Assembly: GCA_022703425.1 (NCBI GenBank) | Contig: JAKLDQ010000003.1 | Coordinates: forward strand, 1,729-65,728 | DNA from: Patescibacteria group bacterium | Lineage (GTDB): Bacteria; Patescibacteriota; Minisyncoccia; Minisyncoccales; Staskawiczbacteraceae | Length of the DNA: 64,000 nucleotides | Direction of reading: 5' to 3' | Shown: piece after piece, positions 9,433 to 17,900 of the stretch | How positions within the stretch are numbered: the first letter of the stretch is position 1 | How the letters are laid out: the number at the start of each line of letters is the position of its first letter | Program-made: the position numbers and the translations under genes | Notes under the pieces: model-generated | Told to the model about the DNA's origin: nothing | What the model saw: only the letters and a program-made list of their open reading frames with translations | Databases searched by the model: none

Positions 9433-9545
9433 CTATTTGCAGCGGCTGTTTTTCCAGATACCTTGCGGCAATAAATCCGCAAGCGAACATTAACATGCCG
9501 ATTAAAATAATAATTAATGCCAGCAATATATCCGAATAATGCCCT

Positions 9546-9574
9546 TTGACAAATTCCGATATTTTTGCTAGCAT
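9546..9574 (+). promoter_or_regulatory. sigma70-like promoter (TTGACA-17-TAGCAT) upstream of rpmA
   Basis: TTGACA 9546-9551, 17-nt spacer, TAGCAT 9569-9574. Confidence 0.5.
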
Positions 9575-9603
9575 GAATAATCGTTAACATTAATATTATA
9601 CCT

Positions 9604-9879
9604 ATGTCGAAGACAAAACAAGGCGGTTCATCCAAGGCTCTCGGCAGAGATTCAGCGGCCCAAAGATTAGGGATAAAGGCTTATGCGGGAGAATCGGTAA
9701 AAACCGGAATGATAATTATAAGGCAAAGAGGAACAAAATTCATTGCTGGAAATAACGTGAAGAAAGGTTCTGATGATACTCTTTACGCTCTTAAAAACGG
9801 CGTGGTTTGCTTTACTACAAAAAAGAAAAAGCTTTTTAACGGGAAACAGAGATTGGCAAAGACTGTCAGTGTAAAATAA
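9604..9879 (+). CDS. rpmA: 50S ribosomal protein L27
   Basis: [26 protein letters not shown]...[10 protein letters not shown] is the canonical L27 sequence. Confidence 0.95.
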   Translation: MSKTKQGGSSKALGRDSAAQRLGIKAYAGESVKTGMIIIRQRGTKFIAGNNVKKGSDDTLYALKNGVVCFTTKKKKLFNGKQRLAKTVSVK

Positions 9880-9919
9880 ATTGAAATTTAAAACCGCTGG
9901 GCTGCGCGCCGGGCGGTTT

Positions 9920-11536
9920 TTATTTTATCGCCGCTTTTATGAATTCTCTGAACAATGGGTGAGGATTTAGCGGCCTTGATTTAAATTCGGGATGAAATTG
10001 GCTTGCCACAAAAAACGGATGTCCTTTAACTTCAATTATTTCAACTAAATCCTTCTCAGGATTTAATCCCGCTATTAGCATTCCCTTTTTTTCAAGCGCC
10101 TCGCGATAATCATTATTAACTTCGTATCGGTGCCGGTGCCTTTCGGATATTTGTTTTTTTCCGTATGCCCTTGAACTGATTGTTCCTTCCGTCAGATTGC
10201 AATCGTAAGCGCCGAGGCGCATTGTCCCTCCATATTTTTTTTCTTTCAGCAAAACTTTTTGTTCGGGCATGACATCAATAATGATATTTTTTGATTTCTG
10301 TTTGAACTCGGCCGATGTTGCATCCTTATATCCGCACACATTTCTTGCAAACTCAATTACGGAAAGCTGAAGGCCGAGGCATAATCCCAAAAACGGTTTT
10401 TTGTTTTTTCTGCAATATTCGATAACTTTGATTTTGCCTTCAATGCCCCTGTTTCCAAATCCGCCGGGAACAATTATTCCGGCAAACGAGTCCAGCTCTT
10501 TTAACTCATCCGGATTCTTTTCATATTTTTCTGCCGAAAGCCATGTGATTTTTGCTTTTCTGTTGTGGGCGAAAGCGGCATGTTTTACAGCTTCAATTAC
10601 AGAAATGTATGAATCGAGCAGTGTAAAGCTGCCTGTCTCAAAATATTTTCCGACGATCCCGATCTCAACGGGTTTTGGCGAGTCATTTATCATTTTCACC
10701 AAGTCGTCCCATTCCTTTAGGTTGCTCTGTTTGGGTTTTAAACCGAATTTTTTTAAAATTCTGTTTCCTATATTTTCTTTTTCAAAATTTATTGGGACCT
10801 CATAAACAGATTTTACATCCGGGGCTGAAATTATATCTTCTTTTTCGACGTTGCAGAAATTCGAAACCTTCCTTTTTCTTGGCTCATCAAGAGGGAGAAC
10901 AGATCTTGCCAATATCATATCCGGCTGTATTCCCGCCGAATTTAGCGTTCTTACCGCATATTGCGTGGGCTTTGTCTTCATTTCGCCGATAATTGTTGGA
11001 ACGGGAAAGTAACTGACCAAAATAAAAAGCACGTCCTTTGGGTGCTGTAATTTGAGCATTCTGGCGGCCTCCAGGAAAAGCATGTTCTGATACTCTCCGA
11101 CGGTTCCGCCGATTTCTATTAAAACAAAATCTGCCTTAACTTTTTTTCCTGCTCTTTTGATTGTATCAATTACTTCGTTAGGAATATCGGGTACAACTTC
11201 AACACATCTGCCCTGATATTCAAGATTTCTTTCCCGGTTGATAACCGCCTGGTAAACCCGTCCGGTGGTCATGTAGTTGTCTGTATAAATATTTTCGTCT
11301 AGAAACCTTTCATAGTTTCCCACGTCCTGGTCGCACTCGATTCCGTCGTCGGTCACAAAAACCTCTCCGTGTTCCACCGGATTCATTGTTCCGGCATCGA
11401 CGTTTATGTAGGGGTCAATTTTAATGGCAGTTACTTTAAACCCTTTGCTTTTCAGTATTCTGCCGATTGATGCGGTAGCTATGCCTTTTCCGATTCCCGA
11501 CATAACTCCGCCTGCGACGAAAATATATTTTGCCAC
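9920..11536 (-). CDS. pyrG: CTP synthase
   Basis: KYIFVAGGVMSGIGKG N-terminus and a glutaminase domain (GLCLGLQ, HRHRYEVN). The ORF-track start 11572 adds 12 hydrophobic residues, so GTG at 11536 (giving MAKYIFV...) is more likely. Confidence 0.92.
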   Translation of the reverse strand: MAKYIFVAGGVMSGIGKGIATASIGRILKSKGFKVTAIKIDPYINVDAGTMNPVEHGEVFVTDDGIECDQDVGNYERFLDENIYTDNYMTTGRVYQAVINRERNLEYQGRCVEVVPDIPNEVIDTIKRAGKKVKADFVLIEIGGTVGEYQNMLFLEAARMLKLQHPKDVLFILVSYFPVPTIIGEMKTKPTQYAVRTLNSAGIQPDMILARSVLPLDEPRKRKVSNFCNVEKEDIISAPDVKSVYEVPINFEKENIGNRILKKFGLKPKQSNLKEWDDLVKMINDSPKPVEIGIVGKYFETGSFTLLDSYISVIEAVKHAAFAHNRKAKITWLSAEKYEKNPDELKELDSFAGIIVPGGFGNRGIEGKIKVIEYCRKNKKPFLGLCLGLQLSVIEFARNVCGYKDATSAEFKQKSKNIIIDVMPEQKVLLKEKKYGGTMRLGAYDCNLTEGTISSRAYGKKQISERHRHRYEVNNDYREALEKKGMLIAGLNPEKDLVEIIEVKGHPFFVASQFHPEFKSRPLNPHPLFREFIKAAIK

Positions 11537-11593
11537 AATATAAAACAAAAACCAAAATATATTGAATGACAATATATCAGGTTTTTATTGTGA

Positions 11594-12043
11594 TTACTGC
11601 TTTTCTTCCGAAACAAGCAATCTTATTTCGGCCTCTAAATTATGTTCTAAATTTATCTTGACCGGAAATTCTCCCAGCTCTTTAATTGGCTTTTCGAGTG
11701 TAATTTCGGATTTTTTGACTTCAAAACCCATTTCCTTCAGTTTCTCAGAAATTTTTTGTGTATTTACAGATTCAAAAAACTGGCCTTCCTCGCCGATTTT
11801 CATTGCAATATTTACCTCGAGGCCGTCCAGGTTTGAGGCCAGCTCCTGTGTTTTTTTCAGATCTTCTTCTGCTTCTTTTTCAATTACTTCCTTTTGGTCG
11901 TCAAGCCACTTTAAGGCCTGCTTTGTGGCCGGCTTTGCTAATCCGTTTGGAATTAAAAAATTTCTCGCATGGCCGTCCTTAACCTCTTTAACTTCGTACT
12001 TTTTTCCCAGATCTTCAACATCCGAGAGGAGAATTACTTTCAT
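11594..12043 (-). CDS. rplI: 50S ribosomal protein L9
   Basis: MKVILLSDVEDLGKKYEVKEVKDGHARNFLIPNGLA is the canonical L9 N-terminus. Confidence 0.92.
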   Translation of the reverse strand: MKVILLSDVEDLGKKYEVKEVKDGHARNFLIPNGLAKPATKQALKWLDDQKEVIEKEAEEDLKKTQELASNLDGLEVNIAMKIGEEGQFFESVNTQKISEKLKEMGFEVKKSEITLEKPIKELGEFPVKINLEHNLEAEIRLLVSEEKQ

Positions 12044-12076
12044 AGGTTTTGCTAAATTTTTTTATAATGCTTAATA

Positions 12077-13267
12077 CTACTTTATATTTTCCACAATTTC
12101 AAGTGCTTTAGAAAGCTGGGGATCTCTGTTCTGATTTTCATCTTCTTCGGTTATTTCAACCTTTACATCGGGGGTTAGTCCCACCTCTGAAATCGAGGCT
12201 CCTTTCGGTGTAAGCCATTTTGCGATTGTTATTTTAAGAAAAGAGCCGTCCTTCAGTTCCTGGACCTCTTGGACAGATCCCTTCCCGAAAGATTTTTCTC
12301 CAACCAGTTTTATATTTCTGTTGTCCCGCAAACAGCCCGCCAAAATTTCTGAAGCAGATGCAGATCCGCCGTTAATCAATACCACTAATGGATAATTTGC
12401 AAAAACTCCGCTTCCGCTTGTCTTGTATTCCTTTCTTTCTCCGCCTCCAAAATCCTCAATAGTGACAACTTTTCCTTTCTGTAAAAACCAGCCTGCAATC
12501 CATTGCGCCGTTTCCAGATATCCGCCCGGATTATCTCTTAAATCCAAAACAATTTTTTTTGCCGGACTTGCCAGTATTTCTTTGGCGGCATTTTGAAAAT
12601 CATTTTGAAGCGGATCATCAAATTGATAAATATGTATGTATGCAACGTTATCTTCTTTCAAGCTCCAGTCAATAGAGGGAATTTTTATTGTTCCACGGAT
12701 AATTTCGATGTCTTTGGAAGCAGAAAAACCGTCCCTGAAAATTGTCAGCGTTACGACAGTTCCCTTCTTTCCCCGTATAAGCGTGACGGCCTCTTCTGTT
12801 GTCATATCTGTTGTTTCCTTTTTGTCGATTTTTAAGATGGCATCTCCCGATTTTAACCCTGCTTTTTGCCCCGGAGTCTCAGGCAACGGCGCAATTACAG
12901 TCAGCTGTCCTTTTTTAATTCCAACTTCAACGCCAATTCCTTCAAACGAGCCGGACATATCCTGCCTGAATCTTTTTGCTTCTTCGGGGTCGAAAAATGT
13001 TGTGTAAGGATCACCGACGCTTTCGGCCATTCCTTCGATTGCGCCGTAAATAATTTTTTTAGCGCTTATCTTTGAAGGGTCGACAAAATCTTCCTGCAGC
13101 CGATTGTATGAATCCCAAAAAAGCGAAAAATCAAGCGAACCTGGCTGCGGAACATAATAATTGGAGCTTAATTTCCCAATTAAAAAACCGGCGCCAAAAA
13201 CCAATAGAACTCCGGAAATTACACCGGCAATTATAATAATTTTTTTATTTCCAAAATGAAACATCAT
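12077..13267 (-). CDS. ctpA: S41-family carboxyl-terminal processing peptidase
   Basis: N-terminal TM helix, PDZ region (GLKSGDAILKID) and S41 core (LINGGSASASEILAG, KSFGKGSVQ). ATG 13267 preferred over TTG 13285. Confidence 0.87.
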   Translation of the reverse strand: MMFHFGNKKIIIIAGVISGVLLVFGAGFLIGKLSSNYYVPQPGSLDFSLFWDSYNRLQEDFVDPSKISAKKIIYGAIEGMAESVGDPYTTFFDPEEAKRFRQDMSGSFEGIGVEVGIKKGQLTVIAPLPETPGQKAGLKSGDAILKIDKKETTDMTTEEAVTLIRGKKGTVVTLTIFRDGFSASKDIEIIRGTIKIPSIDWSLKEDNVAYIHIYQFDDPLQNDFQNAAKEILASPAKKIVLDLRDNPGGYLETAQWIAGWFLQKGKVVTIEDFGGGERKEYKTSGSGVFANYPLVVLINGGSASASEILAGCLRDNRNIKLVGEKSFGKGSVQEVQELKDGSFLKITIAKWLTPKGASISEVGLTPDVKVEITEEDENQNRDPQLSKALEIVENIK

Positions 13268-13307
13268 ATTACACAATAATACCAAAAAAAAATTTGCAAC
13301 GCAATTT

Positions 13308-13342
13308 AAAAAAAAGCGGCCCAGGGACAGAGTCTCCGGGCC
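13308..13342 (-). terminator. intrinsic terminator of candidate ncRNA B
   Basis: Minus strand reads GGCCCGG...CUGGGCC hairpin followed by GC-U8. On the plus strand the A8 run precedes the hairpin, so it is minus-specific. Confidence 0.7.
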
Positions 13343-13810
13343 TTAAAGCAGAAGAGATGTTGGAAGGCAGTCGTCACGACGGATCGGAAGTGGCTATTTT
13401 ATGCGCGTGTGTCAAAGTTCTTGCGTGGGTGTGTGTTGCTTTGCCGGTAATCGGCAGGCCAAGGGGAGGGTGGAGGTGTGTATAGGATCTCCCGCTTGGT
13501 AATTTAGTGCATAACACAGCGTCAGGCACAGCTTTGAAAACACGGACGCATATCCGTAAGGATTTGCGGGCGCCGCCAGTGGCGCCATCACAGGGGCAGG
13601 ATGAGATGTTGTGAACGTTGGGCGGCCAAAAGGGAATGCCGAGATGTCAGGCAGGCAAACTGCGGCCCGGCTAAACCTCCGCAATTTAATTGCGGAACGG
13701 GACAAATGTCCTGTGAAAACATAATCGACAGCATTAGCAATGCTGTTAAAAACAACAAACAGACGCCTATCATTGATTTCCTCCGTGTACTCTTCTGGAA
13801 GGTGCTGATT
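13310..13810 (-). ncRNA. candidate structured ncRNA B (~500 nt), class unknown
   Basis: G+C-rich with no credible ORF. Bounded by its own consensus promoter and terminator. 5' CCAGAAGAG..GGAGG pairs with 3' CCUUCC..CUCUUCUG, and there are many local GC helices. Confidence 0.45.
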
Positions 13811-13816
13811 CGATTG

Positions 13817-13845
13817 ATTGTATATTTTTTATAAAACCGTGTCAA
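13817..13845 (-). promoter_or_regulatory. sigma70-like promoter of ncRNA B (TTGACA-17-TACAAT)
   Basis: Minus strand: TTGACA 13845-13840, 17-nt spacer, TACAAT 13822-13817. Confidence 0.6.
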
Positions 13846-13873
13846 ATGGCAGCAACCCCCTTGGGGTGTGAAT

Positions 13874-13911
13874 AAAAAAAAGAGGCATATCCAACATTTG
13901 TTGGATATGCC
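13874..13911 (-). terminator. intrinsic terminator of candidate ncRNA A
   Basis: Minus strand reads GGCAUAUCCAAC-AAAU-GUUGGAUAUGCC (12-bp perfect stem) followed by UC-U8. Confidence 0.8.
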
Positions 13912-14503
13912 CTGCGCAGTGCCTGATGGTGCGTTCGGTTGCACCGGTCGGGTACAGACATCTGCGCCTGAGGCAAAACGCTGTTTGCGGATGCGATAGA
14001 AATCGCGGATGGGTGCGGCAAAGTTTTTGCGCCGGAACCCCGACGTCTCGCAAGACGCGTTTGCCTTATGGAAAACAGCTATTTTAGTTGTCGGTGCCTC
14101 TGTTTTCCTGACAGGCACCTATGTAAGGTCGCCCACTATTTATCTCCTGTGTTGGGCGTTTGGGCTTTTTCCGGTGCAGTACCCGGTCTTCGATTGTTGG
14201 GTGAACTGCGGCGGATGAAAGCCGTTCGAGGGGAACCGCCCTCGAGCAGTAATTTGTGTCATAGCGCTTTTACTGCAAATGCGCTCAAATAGTCGTCCAA
14301 TGCACACAATACTCCATTGCTAGGGCCAGGCAGTAAGGCTCGTTTGTTGCCTTTCATACCCCTGGCCGGTTTCCGCGGCCGTCGTCGGGGAGCCATTTAA
14401 TAAGCAAATCGATAGCTTTGTCTTAGCATAAGCCGTTCCTTTCTAGCCAGCTGTGTCCCATAGGTGAAGGGATTTCGCCAGCGGTAAAGTGTGCAACCTT
14501 CCT
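13876..14503 (-). ncRNA. candidate structured ncRNA A (~630 nt), class unknown
   Basis: G+C-rich and ORF-free, bounded by a consensus promoter and a strong terminator on the minus strand. Confidence 0.45.
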
Positions 14504-14510
14504 AGTATTA

Positions 14511-14539
14511 ATAATATCATATAAGCAAGGCCTTGTCAA
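14511..14539 (-). promoter_or_regulatory. sigma70-like promoter of ncRNA A (TTGACA-17-TATTAT)
   Basis: Minus strand: TTGACA 14539-14534, 17-nt spacer, TATTAT 14516-14511. Confidence 0.6.
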
Positions 14540-14589
14540 GTGGCATAAAAGCAATCAAAAACAGGGCTCTTTCGCCCCCGCTTTTTAAA

Positions 14590-14602
14590 TGTCGCACAAT
14601 AA
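14590..14602 (-). repeat. 13-mer TTATTGTGCGACA, copy 4
   Basis: Exact copy 1 nt after the stop (14604-14606) of the GT2 gene, same polarity. Confidence 0.9.
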
Positions 14603-14603
14603 A

Positions 14604-15317
14604 CTATTCTTTGTATCCGAACCTATACTTAAATATGTCAGATTTAATCGGTCCTTTTAAAATCATGTGTGCCTCGCATAAAACATATTTTGTTGCAATG
14701 TTCAGCCGGCCGTCTTTTTCAAACCTGCGCACCGAAACAAGTATCGGATACGATTCCAGAAAACCAAAGCTTCCATTTTTGCTTGCCCTGTCGGCATAAT
14801 CATGATCCTCAGCCAATTTTACTTCTTCATCAAATCCGCCGATTGATTCATGGAGTTCTTTCTTGATAAATATGCAAAATCCCGGCGCATGCGTTAAAAG
14901 TGGCTTCATTTTCTGGATATAAAAATTTGCCACCTGATGAAAAAGTTTGTCTATTGCATTTTCTGACAAAGGCACGATTGCGCATGTTGCCATGTCAAAT
15001 TTTTTTTCTCCAAATTCGGCAACGCATTTTTCTAGGAAATCGGGAGCAGGCAAAACAACGTCTGCATCCAAAAAAAGCAGTATCTCTCCCTTGGCCGCTT
15101 TTGCTCCGTTGTTTCGTGCTTTTGCGGGAAGGCCGCCCTCAACAACCTTTGCCCCGAAAGATTTTGCGATTTCGCGGGTTTTGTCTTCAGAATTATTGTC
15201 TGCGACAATTATTTCCAGATCAATGTTCTCCTGGTTTTTTATTGACTCCAAAAGATACGGCAAAAGTTTTTCCTCGTTCAGCGCGGGTATGATTACAGAA
15301 AGTTTCGGATTTTCCAT
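14604..15317 (-). CDS. family 2 glycosyltransferase
   Basis: LSVIIPALNEEK...NQ, ADNNSED, LFLDADVVL and KLAEDHD are typical GT-A/GT2 motifs. Confidence 0.85.
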   Translation of the reverse strand: MENPKLSVIIPALNEEKLLPYLLESIKNQENIDLEIIVADNNSEDKTREIAKSFGAKVVEGGLPAKARNNGAKAAKGEILLFLDADVVLPAPDFLEKCVAEFGEKKFDMATCAIVPLSENAIDKLFHQVANFYIQKMKPLLTHAPGFCIFIKKELHESIGGFDEEVKLAEDHDYADRASKNGSFGFLESYPILVSVRRFEKDGRLNIATKYVLCEAHMILKGPIKSDIFKYRFGYKE

Positions 15318-15386
15318 ATATTTAAATTATATGCCCTTTATCCAAAAAAAACAGCCCTCGCGTGCCTTTGCAGCGAGGGCATCCAG

Positions 15387-15956
15387 TCAGTATGTTCGCG
15401 CGGGTTTTTCTTTGTAGAAGTCCAGCAGGTTCACTGCGCCCAGGGCCGGATTCCCGGAAATACTGATCCCCGTTTGGTAGAGATGATAATCGCGTCCGCT
15501 TAGGTTTATTCTTTCGGGGAAATTTTTTGCGTTGTGCACTCTGAGCGCAACACCCACTTCCGGATGCGCAGATTTTGATACTTCAAATTCAACCGGGTCT
15601 GAGCAATCATCTCCCCAAAATATCCTGCAGATTTCTGTCTCATCTTCATCTGTCAGGTGCCAGTCATGTCCCATGGCATACCAGAGATAACTGGGTACTG
15701 TTCCCATGTAAAGCTTTTCAAAAAATTCTTTCTTTCCGGTCGGGTCTGTCCAGCTGTCTCCTCTCAGAAGGGGCCTGCAGATGGTTACCATATCTCTCCA
15801 GAGAGCCATGTTTTTAAGCATTCCGTTTTGTTTCTCCTCAAATGAATTTTCTGCATCAAGCAAACTCTTTTTTAAATTTCTGAATCTGTATGCCACGTAA
15901 ATTCCGACGCATACAGATATGACGCCAACCAAACCTAAGAGGCGGACTCCGTTCAT
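15387..15956 (-). CDS. hypothetical membrane-anchored protein
   Basis: ATG 15956 is preceded by AAAGGAGAACTCA. One N-terminal TM helix, G+C-richer than the surroundings, with its own GC-rich terminator (15335-15368). No recognisable domain. Confidence 0.5.
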   Translation of the reverse strand: MNGVRLLGLVGVISVCVGIYVAYRFRNLKKSLLDAENSFEEKQNGMLKNMALWRDMVTICRPLLRGDSWTDPTGKKEFFEKLYMGTVPSYLWYAMGHDWHLTDEDETEICRIFWGDDCSDPVEFEVSKSAHPEVGVALRVHNAKNFPERINLSGRDYHLYQTGISISGNPALGAVNLLDFYKEKPARTY

Positions 15957-16048
15957 TGAGTTCTCCTTTGCAAACAATTGTTAGGTGCTGATTAAATATT
16001 ACGCTTTTTAAAACAAAAAGCGCAGAACAATGTTCTGCGCCATACACA

Positions 16049-16699
16049 TCAGAGAAATCCGGCGCTTTCCCAAAGCCACTTTAGGTAAAACGCGGTTTCT
16101 GCGAACGTCGCAACGTCTCCCTTTGCCTGATAACTGCAGATTCTCTCCATTTCCTGCCTTGCCAGTTGCCATGCGTCCAGGTCTGTTTCTGTAATCTTGT
16201 TTGGAGAAACAGGCACAGGAACAGGGATAATCGGAATGAATCCGTACCTCGAATCCATTAGGCATTTAACCGTCGTGCAGAACACGCGCAGGACATGGAA
16301 TGGCGAAGTAAACACAGCCAGGCTTGATATTTTCTTTTTCATAACCTGGTCTATGACCCATTTTGCCTGCTCGAAAGTGTTTGGCGTTGAAAGAGTAAAC
16401 GTTACTCCTTCCAATCTCTTCAGGCAAAATGGGTCTTTCATCAGCATTTGAGCGCTGAGGTGCGTGTAGGGCAGATTTTCGTGATATTGCTCGGCAATAA
16501 GAAGAACTCTTGAGCACGAGCGGTGGCTGTGCCATACACGGATTGCTTCAACAATTCTTTCTGCTTCCCCCATTCCGCAGTAAACTGCAAGGGCTTCGCA
16601 GTCGAATTCGTATCTTGGCAAAGTTAATACCATTGTTGCCATCTGATACAACTCAGATTCTGTTATCGGCGGGCGCGAAGGCAACGTTAATTCGGGCAT
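16049..16699 (-). CDS. YdcF/DUF218-like protein
   Basis: SD AAGGAGT upstream. LSTPNTFEQAKW and LAVFTSPFHVLRVF resemble the DUF218 S-x-NT-x-ENA and VTS..H..RA motifs (from memory). Confidence 0.5.
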   Translation of the reverse strand: MPELTLPSRPPITESELYQMATMVLTLPRYEFDCEALAVYCGMGEAERIVEAIRVWHSHRSCSRVLLIAEQYHENLPYTHLSAQMLMKDPFCLKRLEGVTFTLSTPNTFEQAKWVIDQVMKKKISSLAVFTSPFHVLRVFCTTVKCLMDSRYGFIPIIPVPVPVSPNKITETDLDAWQLARQEMERICSYQAKGDVATFAETAFYLKWLWESAGFL

Positions 16700-16828
16700 T
16701 TTTTACTCCTTGTATTAAGGTTCTAAACCGTTTTTCTTTTACCATAAGTGTGCTCGAAAGTCAATGCAAGAAAAAGTCAATGCAAAAGAAAAGCGGGCAG
16801 TTTTCGTTCTGCCCGCGAATGGTTGTTC

Positions 16829-17380
16829 TCAGAAAAGTTCTTTGATCATATTGACGCGGTCGGCCGGCTGGCCGTTCCACATGCCCGCATCCCTGAGAAC
16901 TCCGCCGAGTTGCTCGAATCCGGCATCCTCATAAATCCTGATTGCGTGTTCGTTGGCGACGGTTGCCTGCAGAAATATGGTGCGAGGCTTCAGAATGGTT
17001 TTTGCCTGCTCAATTCCCTGCTCAAGCAACGTCCGGCCGATTCCCTTGCTTCGCCACGCCTGCGTCACCGAAACCATAAATACGGAGACTTCGCCAGATT
17101 CAAGCGGTTTTCCCGGTGGAAGTCCGATACCGATGTATCCGACAATATGGAAATCCACCTCTGCGACCAGAACGACAGAATGCCGCTGGTCAATCGGTTT
17201 TGACAACAGCTCCACCCAAAACTTTCTTGTCTCATCTGTGATTTCTTTTGGAGGCCTGTTGTTTGCTCTCCCCCGTTCTTCGTAGAGCGCTCGTACAATT
17301 GCGAGAATCCCAGTGAGATCCCGCCTGCACGCATGTCGGAAATCGACTCTGTGTCCCAACGCAATGAAGCTTTTAAGCAT
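16829..17380 (-). CDS. GNAT-family N-acetyltransferase
   Basis: VSVTQAWRSKGIGRTLLEQGIEQAK (acetyl-CoA motif A Q/RxxGxG/A) and NEHAIRIYEDAGFE. Confidence 0.85.
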   Translation of the reverse strand: MLKSFIALGHRVDFRHACRRDLTGILAIVRALYEERGRANNRPPKEITDETRKFWVELLSKPIDQRHSVVLVAEVDFHIVGYIGIGLPPGKPLESGEVSVFMVSVTQAWRSKGIGRTLLEQGIEQAKTILKPRTIFLQATVANEHAIRIYEDAGFEQLGGVLRDAGMWNGQPADRVNMIKELF

Positions 17381-17603
17381 TTGCTCTCCCTTCCTGTTAG
17401 AACAACTTGTAAACGTTCAATATTTGATTATAACATAATAATAGAATGATGTCAAATCATTTGCACAACAAAAAATCCGGTAACCCCGGATTTTTGTGTG
17501 CGCTGTTTTCCTGCACGGGAGGAAACATTTCCTCCCGACCCCTCCTTTGAGTTCGAGTCTCCTCATAATTTAAAATGCCCCCAGTTAAGGGCATTTTAAT
17601 TAG

Positions 17604-17676
17604 TGGACCCAAGGAGACTCGAACTCCTGACCCCTTCTATGCCATAGAAGTGCTCTACCAACTGAGCTATGGGCCC
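17604..17676 (-). tRNA. tRNA-Ala (anticodon GGC)
   Basis: Hand-folded cloverleaf: GGGCCCA/TGGGTCC acceptor with G3:U70, D arm GCTC-AGTTGGTA-GAGC, anticodon loop AUGGCAU, T arm AGGAG-TTCGAGT-CTCCT. CCA is not encoded. Confidence 0.9.
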
Positions 17677-17762
17677 AAGTTATATTTATATTACCCGCTA
17701 ATCCCCTATTTTTCAAGAAAAAAGCCATGACAGGGTCTGTGTCACGGCGAACGGCGATGGCG

Positions 17763-17900
17763 CTACAAATTGAACAATCTGCAAACTACCTCCGCCGTTC
17801 TAGCGGGAAAAATCGCGGCGATCGCGCTGGCAATAAAGATAGCCAGCACGAGCCATGGTATGCCCGCATCTCCTTCGAGGCCGAAAATGCGCTTTGTCAT
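17763..17900 (-). CDS. hypothetical 45-aa single-pass membrane peptide
   Basis: ATG 17900 has GGAG 9 nt upstream. MTKRIFGLEGDAGIPWLVLAIFIASAIAAIF... A GCACAAT-N5-ATTGTGC palindrome lies just upstream. Confidence 0.3.
   Translation of the reverse strand: MTKRIFGLEGDAGIPWLVLAIFIASAIAAIFPARTAEVVCRLFNL

Noticed and set aside
13294-14292. ORF-track frames of 60-176 aa on both strands across 13.3-14.3 kb
   Set aside because: They overlap one another in several frames and are Arg/Cys/Pro-rich with no SD or family resemblance. They cross strong terminator hairpins, so the region is better explained as non-coding RNA.
13310-14503. Identification of ncRNA A/B (or C) as RNase P RNA, tmRNA, SRP RNA or a group II intron
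   Set aside because: Partial look-alikes exist in plus sense (GGCUAAACCUCC, CAAAUG, ACAGACGCCUAUC) and in minus sense (GAGGAAAUC). However, there is no GAGGAAAGUCC with a complementary P4 strand, no GGUAAGAGC-type CR-II, no T-arm/ACCA end, no GGAAGCAGC and no domain V. This cannot be settled without a covariance-model search.
17500-17566. A second, plus-strand tRNA next to tRNA-Ala (TTCGAGT T-loop-like sequence)
   Set aside because: Only a 3-bp T-stem is possible, and no acceptor or D arm can be drawn. It is an inverted 15-nt fragment of the neighbouring tRNA rather than a gene.
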